The notes under the pieces were generated by a model, which was not told where the DNA came from, made no database searches, and was given only the letters and a program-made list of their open reading frames with translations. 64,000 bases of DNA. Source: a bacterium (lineage in GTDB: Bacteria > Bdellovibrionota_C > UBA2361 > CALJRW01). The translations under genes were made by a program, and so were the position numbers. How positions within the stretch are numbered: the first letter of the stretch is position 1; each line of letters opens with the position of its first letter. Shown here piece after piece: positions 1 to 9,225 of this stretch. The stretch spans positions 1-64,000 of the forward strand of contig JANNBC010000011.1 in the NCBI GenBank assembly GCA_031385045.1, in the 5' to 3' direction.

Positions 1-45
1 ATTTTTTCCAAGCTGTTAGGAAAAAACCAATGGGTTTTAGTATAT
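1..45. repeat. Right half of a MITE-like repeat, truncated by the window start
   Basis: ttttccaagctgttaggaaaaaaccaatgggttttagtatat aligns with ttttgccaagcagttaagaaaaaccctagtgggttttagtatat at about 40415-40458. Confidence 0.65.
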
Positions 46-99
46 CTGCTTTAATTTTAGCCCTGAAAGCCACTTAAGGATTTTAAGGATAATCTCAAG

Positions 100-486
100 A
101 TGATTCAAAGAAAACGAATTCTATTAGTCGACGATAACGTCTCCCAGTTAGACTTAATTCAAATACTTTTTGAAAATGATGGCTTTCATGTTGACCAAGC
201 AATTAATGGAGTACTAGCAATTAGTGAATTGGAAAAACAAACAGTCCATCCAGACTTAATTGTAATGGACTTAATGATGCCCAAATTATCAGGCACAGAA
301 ACAGTTAAGCGACTTAGGATTCTTGGGATTAAATGTCCGATTATTGCTTTTACTTCAATTGATGAAGAAGATATCCTTCAAGAAGCAATCGACGCCGGCT
401 GTAACTCTGTCTTAATGAAACCTTGCAAGCCCGACTTATTATTAGCAGAAGTTAGAAAATTACTTATTGCCACAGAACTAAACTAA
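100..486 (+). CDS. Single-domain response regulator (CheY-like receiver)
   Basis: ILLVDD, DLIVMDLMMP phospho-acceptor Asp and KP motif; no output domain. Confidence 0.9.
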   Translation: MIQRKRILLVDDNVSQLDLIQILFENDGFHVDQAINGVLAISELEKQTVHPDLIVMDLMMPKLSGTETVKRLRILGIKCPIIAFTSIDEEDILQEAIDAGCNSVLMKPCKPDLLLAEVRKLLIATELN

Positions 487-1206
487 AGAGTCCCGCCAAT
501 AAGTTAAAAAAACTGCCGTAGCTTGGGAAACATTTAAAGAATCAATTTGCCCATGCATTGGCAAATAAACTTTAAAATCAGAATTCGTCAGTAGAATATG
601 CTTAATTCCATCCCCTTCGGAGCCAAGAATTAAAGCTGTTTTTTGGGGGAACTCAAATTTTTGAATTGGCTGTGCACCTTCGTCAATTGCCGTAGAAACT
701 ACCCAAAAATTATGTTTCTTAAGTTCCTTTAAAGACTGCGCAATATTAGTAACTTGAATGAGATTTACCAACTCCGATGCGCCAACAGAAACCTTTGTAA
801 CAACATCTGTAATACCTGAATTACGAACATTACTCCATAAAACAGCAGAAACTCCAAAGCATTCTGCTGCTCTGAGAATCGCACCAAAATTATGCGGATC
901 GCTAATCTCATCCAGAATCAAAATTAATTCTTGCGGAGCACGAGCAGTCTCCAAATATTCGGAAAGGGAATAGACTTTTCTTTCTGTGACTTCGGCAATA
1001 ATCCCTTGATGTTGACTATTAGGGACTAAGCGATCGAGGGCAAATCTATCTTGATGAATTACCTTGACCGAGTTTTGATGAATTAACTCAGAGAGTAAAG
1101 AATTTTGTGATTTACCGAGCTCTAAAGAACAATGAATTTTTTTAATGCGAGAAGGCTGAGCTTTTAGCAATTCAATAACTGAATTTTTACCAACTAACAG
1201 CGACAT
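478..1206 (-). CDS. rlmB: 23S rRNA 2'-O-methyltransferase RlmB (SpoU/TrmH family)
   Basis: SpoU motifs HQGI, LDEISDPHNFGAILR, GSEGDG and SLNVS. Confidence 0.9.
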   Translation of the reverse strand: MSLLVGKNSVIELLKAQPSRIKKIHCSLELGKSQNSLLSELIHQNSVKVIHQDRFALDRLVPNSQHQGIIAEVTERKVYSLSEYLETARAPQELILILDEISDPHNFGAILRAAECFGVSAVLWSNVRNSGITDVVTKVSVGASELVNLIQVTNIAQSLKELKKHNFWVVSTAIDEGAQPIQKFEFPQKTALILGSEGDGIKHILLTNSDFKVYLPMHGQIDSLNVSQATAVFLTYWRDSLV

Positions 1207-1406
1207 TATTTCTTGTCTTCTTGTTCACTTTTCTTAGCTTCTTCTTTTGGTGTAATATCAATAGCTTCAGATTCTTTATATGATGTGCGGAAATTACTGA
1301 TTGCCTTACCTAACCCAGAGCCTAGTTCTGGTAATTTTCTTGAACCAAAAAGTAGCACAACCACACCAGCCACAATAGCAATCTCAGTAACACTTAATCC
1401 AAACAT
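1206..1406 (-). CDS. tatA: Twin-arginine translocase TatA/E subunit
   Basis: N-terminal TM helix followed by LLFGSRKLPELGSGLGKAI. Confidence 0.92.
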   Translation of the reverse strand: MFGLSVTEIAIVAGVVVLLFGSRKLPELGSGLGKAISNFRTSYKESEAIDITPKEEAKKSEQEDKK

Positions 1407-1410
1407 TTTA

Positions 1411-2751
1411 TTAACTTATTGAATAAACTCGCCCAGCAAAATAGGTTGGCTGGATTTCAGAATCAGCTGACAAAGCAAAAGCAAAGCTTTGTTTCTGATT
1501 TGGCAATAAGACAAACTTATCCTTTTCCTTTGAGTTAGGCAATTCAGTCAAGGTTTTACGATCTAAAGAAGCATATTGTACCCCAGAAATGTCCTTATCG
1601 AGCGTATGAAAAGAACGTGCTAATACTTGGCCCTTAGTATCAAATAAAACACCTTCAATCACAGGATCCTTAATTGACTTACTACTGTTATTATAAAACT
1701 CCCCAGTTAATAACTTTAAGTCTTCTCCATTATCGAGCTTTACTAATTTAAGCTCTAATCCCTTAACACCGACACCAGGCAATGGATAACTCCTAGAAGA
1801 CTGAGTTGCAAAACCAAAGTAGCCAGAAAAGCTTTGCGGAGATGTAAGAATAATATTGGTTAGCAAATATAATAAGATCAACACAACTACGATTGGCGCT
1901 AGCAACATTAAGATTCGAGTAGATGCACCTACTCCAGATTTTCCCAAGCTGAGTTTACGGAAATTTCTGGAGTCAATCCTTGGCACAGAAAAACTAGGAA
2001 GTGCCATCTTTGGAAAAGATAACTCTGGCAAGGAATTAGTAAATTTCTTAGAATTTACTTTTGGCAAAGCTAGCTTAGATACTAGATCTTTAACAGAAAC
2101 ATTTGGTATTTTTAAATTAGATAAATGCTGATCTAAATTCCAAGCGGAACTACCCTTAATTGCGGGAGCCTGAAGAACCGGCTCATTAGCAATTGATTTC
2201 TGAAACTCAGTAAAAACAAATGACTTACGAGGCTCACCTGACTTAACATTTCGCACTGATAGATCAGGAGATTTATTAGTCATTGCAAAATTAATTTTCT
2301 CAGATGCTCGCGTTTCTTCCTTCTTATTACGAACGGCAATTAGCGGAGCATCAGACGTAACTTTTAAACTAGAATTAAAACCGAAGGATGCTTTAGTAGT
2401 GGGAGCTGGCATTGTTGGCCCCTTAGTGGACTCATAGGATCTGGAATCAGGCATTGAGGCTTGAAAAGACTTAACAGGCGGAGTGCTCTGATTCACACCT
2501 GAATTAAAATTAAAACCAACTTGCTCCACTGGGTTTTCTAGCGCTGGTACTGCTTTAGCAAGCGTCACTTCAAAAATATTATCACAGGAAAAGCAATGAA
2601 ACTTGGAACTGGACGCATTAATGACACTATCACTAGGTATGGAATACCGAGTCTCACAATATTGACATTGGACAACAAGATTTTCAGACTCTTTGGAATT
2701 ATTCAAATCGATCAACGGCTTATCAAAATCAAACTTTAGATTATTACTCAT
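1411..2751 (-). CDS. Zinc-ribbon (MJ0042-type) membrane protein with DUF3426-like C-terminal domain
   Basis: N-terminal CQYCETRY...CFSCDNIF, long low-complexity linker, single TM, then GEFYNNS...LFDTKG. Confidence 0.7.
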   Translation of the reverse strand: MSNNLKFDFDKPLIDLNNSKESENLVVQCQYCETRYSIPSDSVINASSSKFHCFSCDNIFEVTLAKAVPALENPVEQVGFNFNSGVNQSTPPVKSFQASMPDSRSYESTKGPTMPAPTTKASFGFNSSLKVTSDAPLIAVRNKKEETRASEKINFAMTNKSPDLSVRNVKSGEPRKSFVFTEFQKSIANEPVLQAPAIKGSSAWNLDQHLSNLKIPNVSVKDLVSKLALPKVNSKKFTNSLPELSFPKMALPSFSVPRIDSRNFRKLSLGKSGVGASTRILMLLAPIVVVLILLYLLTNIILTSPQSFSGYFGFATQSSRSYPLPGVGVKGLELKLVKLDNGEDLKLLTGEFYNNSSKSIKDPVIEGVLFDTKGQVLARSFHTLDKDISGVQYASLDRKTLTELPNSKEKDKFVLLPNQKQSFAFALSADSEIQPTYFAGRVYSIS

Positions 2752-2968
2752 AACAAGAAATTGCTAATTTGAACAGCGAATGCCCTAAACTTTATGACAT
2801 TCATAAATATTATTGACTAACTAAGAGTAAGTCAGAGTAAGCAAAAATCCAATTTTTACTTAAAATAAATTCATTTTTTGGATGATCTTAACTGAAAACG
2901 ACCAACAACTTTAAGTACTTTAAAGTAAAATTTGATTTTAGGCTAGTGTAAAATATATATTTTTCAAG

Positions 2969-3742
2969 CTAAGCGCTTGGATTCTCAGTGAATATTTGAT
3001 GGCGGAGTCTTTGATAGTCTCGCTGATCTAATTTTTCAAACTTACCGATTGCTAAAGTGCCTAAATGAAAGGGTCCATAGGAAATTCGCTTCAATTCAAT
3101 CACTGGAAATCCAAGGTGCGACATAATCCTTCTGACAATTCGATTTCGTCCTTCTGATAGCTCTAAACTGACCAGTGTATTTGGCCCCTGCTGCTCGATA
3201 ATTTTTGCCTTACCAACAACCTTACCATCCGCTAGACGAATACCCCGAGTAATCTTATCTAGTACCTGCTCAGGAATTGAACCCTTCACTAAAGTCTCAT
3301 ACTTACGGACAAACTCATAACGAGGATGCATTAGGCGATTTGCTAAATCACCATCGTTTGTCAAAATCAACAGGCCGCTAGTGTTGTAATCGAGCCTCCC
3401 AACTGTAATATATTCTTGATATTTTTTACTGAGCAACTCATAAATAGTCGCTCTTCCTTCCGGATCTCCACGACTTGTAATAAAACGGAGTGGTTTATGT
3501 AAAATTAAGATCCCTCTTTCTGGCAAGTGGAGCAGCTGGTTTTTTACTTTAATGCTATCATTACTTGGATCCATTTTAGTCCCAAGTTCAGTAACTACTT
3601 TACCATTTAGGCGTACATCACCAGACTCGATTAATCGCTCCGCCTGTCGCCTGGAAATATTGGTACATTCAGCAATGTACTTCTGAATTCGAACAAGTAC
3701 CCCCTCAGAGTCTTGTGCAGATTTGTTTTTTATTCCTGACAT
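2969..3742 (-). CDS. rluB: rRNA pseudouridine synthase RluB (RsuA family)
   Basis: S4 domain (SRRQAE), GRLD catalytic motif, EGRNRIVRR; follows scpB. Confidence 0.88.
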   Translation of the reverse strand: MSGIKNKSAQDSEGVLVRIQKYIAECTNISRRQAERLIESGDVRLNGKVVTELGTKMDPSNDSIKVKNQLLHLPERGILILHKPLRFITSRGDPEGRATIYELLSKKYQEYITVGRLDYNTSGLLILTNDGDLANRLMHPRYEFVRKYETLVKGSIPEQVLDKITRGIRLADGKVVGKAKIIEQQGPNTLVSLELSEGRNRIVRRIMSHLGFPVIELKRISYGPFHLGTLAIGKFEKLDQRDYQRLRHQIFTENPSA

Positions 3743-4422
3743 TCAGCAGGTACCTCCGCGGCAGTTGGAGTGCTTTCATCTGCGGAATTTTCAGCGGCCT
3801 CTAAGCTATTCGCTAACATCTCACCAACGGAATTTTCGATCTCTTCTACCTCTCTTAGATTTGGCAAATCCGCCAAAGAACCTAATCCAAAAACTTTAAG
3901 AAATTCATCTGTCGTAGCATATAATGAAGGCTGACCCGGTGTTGCTTGTTGACCAGCAATTTTAATTAACTTTCGATCTAACAGAGTTTTGAGTGTTGGA
4001 CTCACATCAACCCCGCGAATTTTCTCCACCTCGGACTTAACTACTGGCTGACGATAAGCAATAATTGCTAGAGTCTCCAATGCTGCCGGGCTTAGTTTCT
4101 TAGGCTTACTGGCTTTTAATTTTTGAATATATGAGCTGTAAAGATTTTTTGTTCTGATTTGATATTGCTCAGCAATTAGCGAGAGCTCAATACCCGAAGA
4201 TTCATCTTGATACTTAGTTTGCAAAAGCTCTAAAGCCTCGGTAACTATCGAAGTGGAAGCTTCTAAAACTGCGACAAGTTGCTTAACGGACAGAGGCTCA
4301 CCATGAGCAATTAGCAAAGCCTCCAAAACAGGAGCGATTTCTTCAGGACTAGCAAACTGACTAATGGATTCAACATGATCAACAGCGACTTGATTTTCAA
4401 TCGGAGTATTCTCTTCAGACAT
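3730..4422 (-). CDS. scpB: SMC-Scp complex subunit ScpB
   Basis: LSPAALETLAIIAYRQP, IRGV, LYATTDEFL. Confidence 0.95.
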   Translation of the reverse strand: MSEENTPIENQVAVDHVESISQFASPEEIAPVLEALLIAHGEPLSVKQLVAVLEASTSIVTEALELLQTKYQDESSGIELSLIAEQYQIRTKNLYSSYIQKLKASKPKKLSPAALETLAIIAYRQPVVKSEVEKIRGVDVSPTLKTLLDRKLIKIAGQQATPGQPSLYATTDEFLKVFGLGSLADLPNLREVEEIENSVGEMLANSLEAAENSADESTPTAAEVPAECQE

Positions 4423-4438
4423 GATTTTACAAATAAAG

Positions 4439-5251
4439 TTAAGCTTTTAAACTAATTGGCTCAAATCCCTGATCAAATTCGGAATCAAAAGATTCTCCTT
4501 GACCTGTTGCACTACCGGCCAACATAAGTGTTATTGTATCATCTGTCTGACTGACCCGAATAACCTGACGTTTACTAAGTTCTAACAACGCAAGAAAAGT
4601 ACCAACAAGCTGACTCTTAGTATAAGATTCTCCAAGGATATCTTGAAAATTTACCTTGGGAGTTTTTTCTAAAAAACTTAAGACGAGCGACATACGCTCA
4701 ACGATCGAAACAGACTCTAAAACAATTTGGTAAGTTTTATGATCTTTAATTCGCGATAAAGCCTGACGAAAAGCTTTTACTAACAAATAGGAATCATGAT
4801 CCATAAACCCTTCTTCTGGAGCATCAAATTCATCTAAGGCAGAGATTGGAGGAAAAACATCATCACCTAAAATCTTCTTACTGTTACTGATTAAACTTAC
4901 AGCCTGCTTATACACTTCTGCCTCTCGCAACATACGAAGTAATTCTTCATGAAGATCAACAAAGTTTCCATCCTCATCTTCAACAAACTCGACTGGATTA
5001 TTGAGAATAATATTACTCTTGATGGAAACTAGCGTGGCAGCAATCACCAAATACTCGCTGGCTAAATCTAAATCCAATTCTTTTGCTAAGCTAATATAAC
5101 CAAGATACTGCTCACAAACCTGGGCTAATGAAAGCTTATTGAGCTCAAGCTCACGTTTCTTGACTAGGTGTAACAACAAATCAATTGGGCCTTCAAAGCT
5201 CTGCATTTCCAGAACAAAGGCACTACGGTCAAAGAGAGAATTTAAGATCAT
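4439..5251 (-). CDS. scpA: Segregation/condensation protein ScpA
   Basis: FEGPIDLLLHL and TFLALLEL motifs; start uncertain. Confidence 0.93.
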   Translation of the reverse strand: MILNSLFDRSAFVLEMQSFEGPIDLLLHLVKKRELELNKLSLAQVCEQYLGYISLAKELDLDLASEYLVIAATLVSIKSNIILNNPVEFVEDEDGNFVDLHEELLRMLREAEVYKQAVSLISNSKKILGDDVFPPISALDEFDAPEEGFMDHDSYLLVKAFRQALSRIKDHKTYQIVLESVSIVERMSLVLSFLEKTPKVNFQDILGESYTKSQLVGTFLALLELSKRQVIRVSQTDDTITLMLAGSATGQGESFDSEFDQGFEPISLKA

Positions 5252-5459
5252 GAAAACTTACGCCGAAGATAAGATTAACGATTTAAAGGTCTTAGAAACT
5301 AAATTACTTTATTTTAGTTTTGCCTGAAAACTGATGCTTACTATAAGTAACTTTAAGTTAATTGTCTACAAAAAAATCGATAATATTAGCTCTAGAAAGT
5401 TATGTCTTACTTAGCGTCCAATGGAATTAGAGATTTTTCATGAGAGGGATAAGTGCCAA

Positions 5460-5876
5460 TTACTCGGCGGACTTTAATCTGAAAATTGTTTTGCCAATAA
5501 TAATCTCATCATTAATTTGCAAGCTACAACGAATTCCAGGTGCTAATTTTTCACCACGATTAACATAGGTACCATTTAAACTATTGAGGTCTTCTAACAT
5601 GACTCGCCCTGGCTCAACTTGAATTTTCGCATGCCTTCTGGAAATTCGCGCTTCAACATCAACAAGATCAAGATTAATTTCCGGAAAAGACCCGGACTCC
5701 GGATCCCAACGACCTAAGATGATCTCTCCCTTAGGTAGTAGATACTCTTTACCCTTGTGCTCACCATGCTGAACAACTAGCTTAAACGACTCTACCCGCT
5801 TCTGATTGATCGGTAGAGTATTCATGAAATAGTAACCTTCGGTTGACATACTGCGCGCATAAAATAATGGTATCAA
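5460..5876 (-). CDS. Stand-alone FHA domain protein
   Basis: LGR, ISRRHA and DLNSLNGT; true start may be 5825 (MNTLP). Confidence 0.88.
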   Translation of the reverse strand: MIPLFYARSMSTEGYYFMNTLPINQKRVESFKLVVQHGEHKGKEYLLPKGEIILGRWDPESGSFPEINLDLVDVEARISRRHAKIQVEPGRVMLEDLNSLNGTYVNRGEKLAPGIRCSLQINDEIIIGKTIFRLKSAE

Positions 5877-6037
5877 ATATAATTATGACAAGGTAGAGGC
5901 TAATTGTAGCAATTATATAGTAAACCCAAAAAGTAATTTCCGAGTGTTTAAAAGTGTAACCCTTCACGTGTCTGTAAAAGTTTAAAAGGAACAAATCCCC
6001 TTAAAGGGGTCAATTTACAAAGTAAATTGGGGATAGC

Positions 6038-6136
6038 TTGTCCTCTGTAGCTTTAGCGAAGGAGGAGAGACTCTATCTACTCACACTACTTGAACAAAAT
6101 CTTTTTCGCCGTTGCACCATGTGCTATGGCGGACAA
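6038..6136. repeat. Inverted pair of REP-like palindromic repeats
   Basis: 6038-6066(-) tcctccttcgctaaagctacagaggacaa and 6106-6136(+) tcgccgttgcaccatgtgctatggcggacaa; related copies at 18905 and 33149. Confidence 0.6.
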
Positions 6137-6537
6137 TCTAGATTTTGACCAAGGAATAAATTAGTTTTTTGCACTAATAAAGCCTTTTAAAAGCACTTTA
6201 ACCCTCCCCGTGAGCGGATACTTAGCAAAATCAGTACCAAAAACTAAAAACTACCCCTAAAGACTTCAAATAAAGAAAACATTTGTCTAAAAAGTGCATT
6301 TAATATATCATCGGGTTTGGCTTGACAGATTAAGCTAACTTACAGATTTTATTGTAACTCATTGAGGGATTTTTAGAGAAATTCCCAAAAGTTACATCTT
6401 TGGTAGATCAGTTTCCACGATAGTTTAGACAATTATTAAATGATTTCTTTCCCACTTAATACTCACTCTAGAAATTATAAAGTCCAATTCAATTGCTTGG
6501 CATCTAGGGATCTGCTCGACCTCAAAGGATTACAAAA

Positions 6538-8088
6538 ATGGACGCTCAAAAAATGCTTATTAATGCGTTGCACCCAGAAGATATGCGAATCGCTATCGTG
6601 GAAGGCAAAGAACTTATTGAACTGCAATCAGACTCAATAAACGCAAATAAAAAACTAAAAGGTAATATCTATAAAACTAGAATTACCAGAATCGAACCTA
6701 GTCTTCAGGCTGCATTCATTGATATTGGAACAAAGCGTAATGCTTTCTTGCAAATCAATGATGTTCACCCTTCTTATTTTCTAGATGAAAGTTATCAAAA
6801 GAAACGTCATCAAAAGATTCCAATTCAAAGGGTCTTAAAGACTGGTCAAGAAATTATTGTGCAAGTTGTTAAAGAGGAACGAGGAGTTAAAGGTGCAACC
6901 CTAACAACTTACCTTTCACTTCCTGGAAGATACATTGTCTTAATGCCTGGCTCAGATAGTTCCGGCATGTCTAAGAAAATTAAATCTTCTAGCCAACGCG
7001 CTAGACTAAATAAAATCTATACTGAGTTAGAACTGCCTACTGGCATGGGCATGATCATTAGGACTGCTGGAATTGACAGATCCCTTACCGACTTAAGTCG
7101 CGATCTAGATCTTCAATTAAAGCTCTGGGAGAAGATTGTAAGCAACTCGCGCAGTAAAGAAACACCAAATTTACTTTACCAAGAAAGCGATTCTGCAATT
7201 CGTGTGATTCGCGATTACTTTACTCCGGAGATTCGGGAGATTCTAATTGACGATCAAAACACATACGAACGTGTCAAAAACTTTGTTGGCGAAACAATGC
7301 CCCGCTATCGTTCGCGAGTTAAACACTACACCAACATTCAACCAATTTTCACCACGCATAACATTGATAGCCAAGTAGAAAATACCATGAAGCGCGAAGT
7401 CGCTTTAAAATCTGGTGGTTCGATTGTAATTGATTCACTTGAAGCTCTCGTGGCAATTGATGTTAACTCTGGAAAGTCTACTTCCGGCGATGGGATTGAA
7501 GAGACTGCTTATCGCACTAACTTAGAAGCTGCGCGTGAAATTGCCAGGCAACTACGACTGCGAGATCTTGGTGGTTTAATTGTAATCGATTTCATCGATA
7601 TGATTAGCATGAAAAATCGCACGGCCGTAGAACGCGAACTTCAAGAAGCAGTAAAGTTTGATAAGGCTAGAATTGAATTAGGTCAGTTATCCAAATTTGG
7701 ATTACTAGAAATGTCTAGACAAAGACTGCGTGCTTCAATTATTGGTAAAAGCACAATTACTTGTCAGCACTGTCAGGGTAGAGGATTTATTAAGAGTGCC
7801 AGCGTTGTAGCATTGGAAGTTCTTAGAAAGATCCAATCAGCAGTTATTGTTGGCGGAATTAGAATTGTAAAATGTCGCCTATCACCAGCTCCGGCTCTGT
7901 TTATCTTGAATAATAAAAAGGCTGAACTGGTTGCCTTAGAAGCTGAGTATGATGCTTTGATCTATATTCTTGCGGACAATAGCCTACTTCCAGACTCTGT
8001 AGAATTTGAAATGGAATCAGGCCCTGCACTGCCTAAAACCTCTGCAAATGTTCCTGAAACTACACTGGCAGAGCAAGAAGAAGAGTAG
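6538..8088 (+). CDS. rne: Rne/Rng family ribonuclease
   Basis: GNIYK S1 domain, LQAAFIDIG, IDVNSG, RLRDLGGLIVIDFIDM and Zn-link CQHC; short C-terminus makes rne versus rng ambiguous. Confidence 0.9.
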   Translation: MDAQKMLINALHPEDMRIAIVEGKELIELQSDSINANKKLKGNIYKTRITRIEPSLQAAFIDIGTKRNAFLQINDVHPSYFLDESYQKKRHQKIPIQRVLKTGQEIIVQVVKEERGVKGATLTTYLSLPGRYIVLMPGSDSSGMSKKIKSSSQRARLNKIYTELELPTGMGMIIRTAGIDRSLTDLSRDLDLQLKLWEKIVSNSRSKETPNLLYQESDSAIRVIRDYFTPEIREILIDDQNTYERVKNFVGETMPRYRSRVKHYTNIQPIFTTHNIDSQVENTMKREVALKSGGSIVIDSLEALVAIDVNSGKSTSGDGIEETAYRTNLEAAREIARQLRLRDLGGLIVIDFIDMISMKNRTAVERELQEAVKFDKARIELGQLSKFGLLEMSRQRLRASIIGKSTITCQHCQGRGFIKSASVVALEVLRKIQSAVIVGGIRIVKCRLSPAPALFILNNKKAELVALEAEYDALIYILADNSLLPDSVEFEMESGPALPKTSANVPETTLAEQEEE

Positions 8089-8098
8089 CCAACCAAGA

Positions 8099-8126
8099 GC
8101 GAGTTGGTCTTACAAGATCAACTCGC
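8099..8126 (+). terminator. Stem-loop downstream of rne (probable terminator or stabiliser)
   Basis: gcgagttggtctt-ac-aagatcaactcgc begins 11 nt after the stop; no clear U-tract. Confidence 0.5.
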
Positions 8127-8242
8127 CTCACAAAAACTAGCTATCTAATTAAAAATTTTCAAGTTTTTGCAAATACTATCTTTTTGATTTGAAAAATCCG
8201 TAGTATAGATAAACTCTGTACTATTGGTTTTTTCAGTTTTCG

Positions 8243-9202
8243 ATGGCTCAAGAGTTAAACAATAATTTAGATCAAATTGCTCAACTAATTAAAGACTTCT
8301 CTGGTGCTCAGAGTGTCTTAATTTTTAGTCCAATTAAAAACCCCAAGGGTGAACAGACTGACAACTCCACTGTCCTTAGTCTTTCTGGGCTGGCCTCAGA
8401 ACAAAAAGTCGATCGTCGCTACCTATCGAAATCCGGCGCTGGATTTGTTGGCTGGATTGCCAAGAGTCATAAGCCTGCAAACGTCTCACCTTTTAGCAAC
8501 ACATCAAGATCACTAGGGTTTTATCATTATGATTGCCCGGTACAAAGCATCTTCGGCTTGCCAATCATTAGTGAAACAACTGACCTTTACTCTTCTGAAG
8601 TAACACCAGTTCTTTATTGTGATAGCGAAAAAGCTGGATTCTTTACTCCTGAGCTTGAAGCTTACCTACAAAAAGCTTGTCGACTAATCTCTAGCATTAT
8701 GGATCTAGAGAGAAATTCTAATGCTAATAAAATTGAAAATTTAGATTTCGCAGAATTTTACTCCCGAGCAGAAAAACTTTTAAACAAACTTGGAGCTAGC
8801 TCTGTAGAAATTTTAAGATTAAGACTAGTGAACTCAAGTGACTTAGAAAAAGAAGTTGGCTTTCCACAAGCGCTATCAATTTTTCAGAGAATGCAGCGCT
8901 TAATCCAACAAGTACTTCCACCTAACTATCCGGTAATCCACTCCCCTAGTGGCGAAACAATCATCGTCCTAGATAACATGATGAGCGCCTTCTATGAAAA
9001 TAAAATTCGGATTATCGCTTCCCAAATTAGTCCCGAAAACGTTCTAATTAATTACGATTTCCAACACTTTACTGTAAAAAATAGTAAAATCAGCTCAATT
9101 GATGACCTATTTAATGCGATGTGCTCTAAACCATCAGAGCATCATCAGACGACTCAGAAAGCTGTACCACTAAATGTTAACTCAAAACTAAGCTTTCGCT
9201 AA
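8243..9202 (+). CDS. GAF domain protein with possible degenerate GGDEF-like C-terminal domain
   Basis: GAF-like GAGFVGWIAK...SIFGLPI...VLYCDS; C-terminal SPSGETIIVL at the position of RxGGDEF. Confidence 0.55.
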   Translation: MAQELNNNLDQIAQLIKDFSGAQSVLIFSPIKNPKGEQTDNSTVLSLSGLASEQKVDRRYLSKSGAGFVGWIAKSHKPANVSPFSNTSRSLGFYHYDCPVQSIFGLPIISETTDLYSSEVTPVLYCDSEKAGFFTPELEAYLQKACRLISSIMDLERNSNANKIENLDFAEFYSRAEKLLNKLGASSVEILRLRLVNSSDLEKEVGFPQALSIFQRMQRLIQQVLPPNYPVIHSPSGETIIVLDNMMSAFYENKIRIIASQISPENVLINYDFQHFTVKNSKISSIDDLFNAMCSKPSEHHQTTQKAVPLNVNSKLSFR

Positions 9203-9225
9203 AAAAGTATTTGGTTTTCCTAATA

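Noticed and set aside
2824..2841. Direct repeat agagtaag-N2-agagtaag upstream of the zinc-ribbon gene
   Set aside because: Could be a regulator site but is too short to distinguish from chance.
5782..6640. ORFs 5782-5994(-) and 6440-6640(+)
   Set aside because: They overlap the FHA and rne starts out of frame and show no recognisable features.
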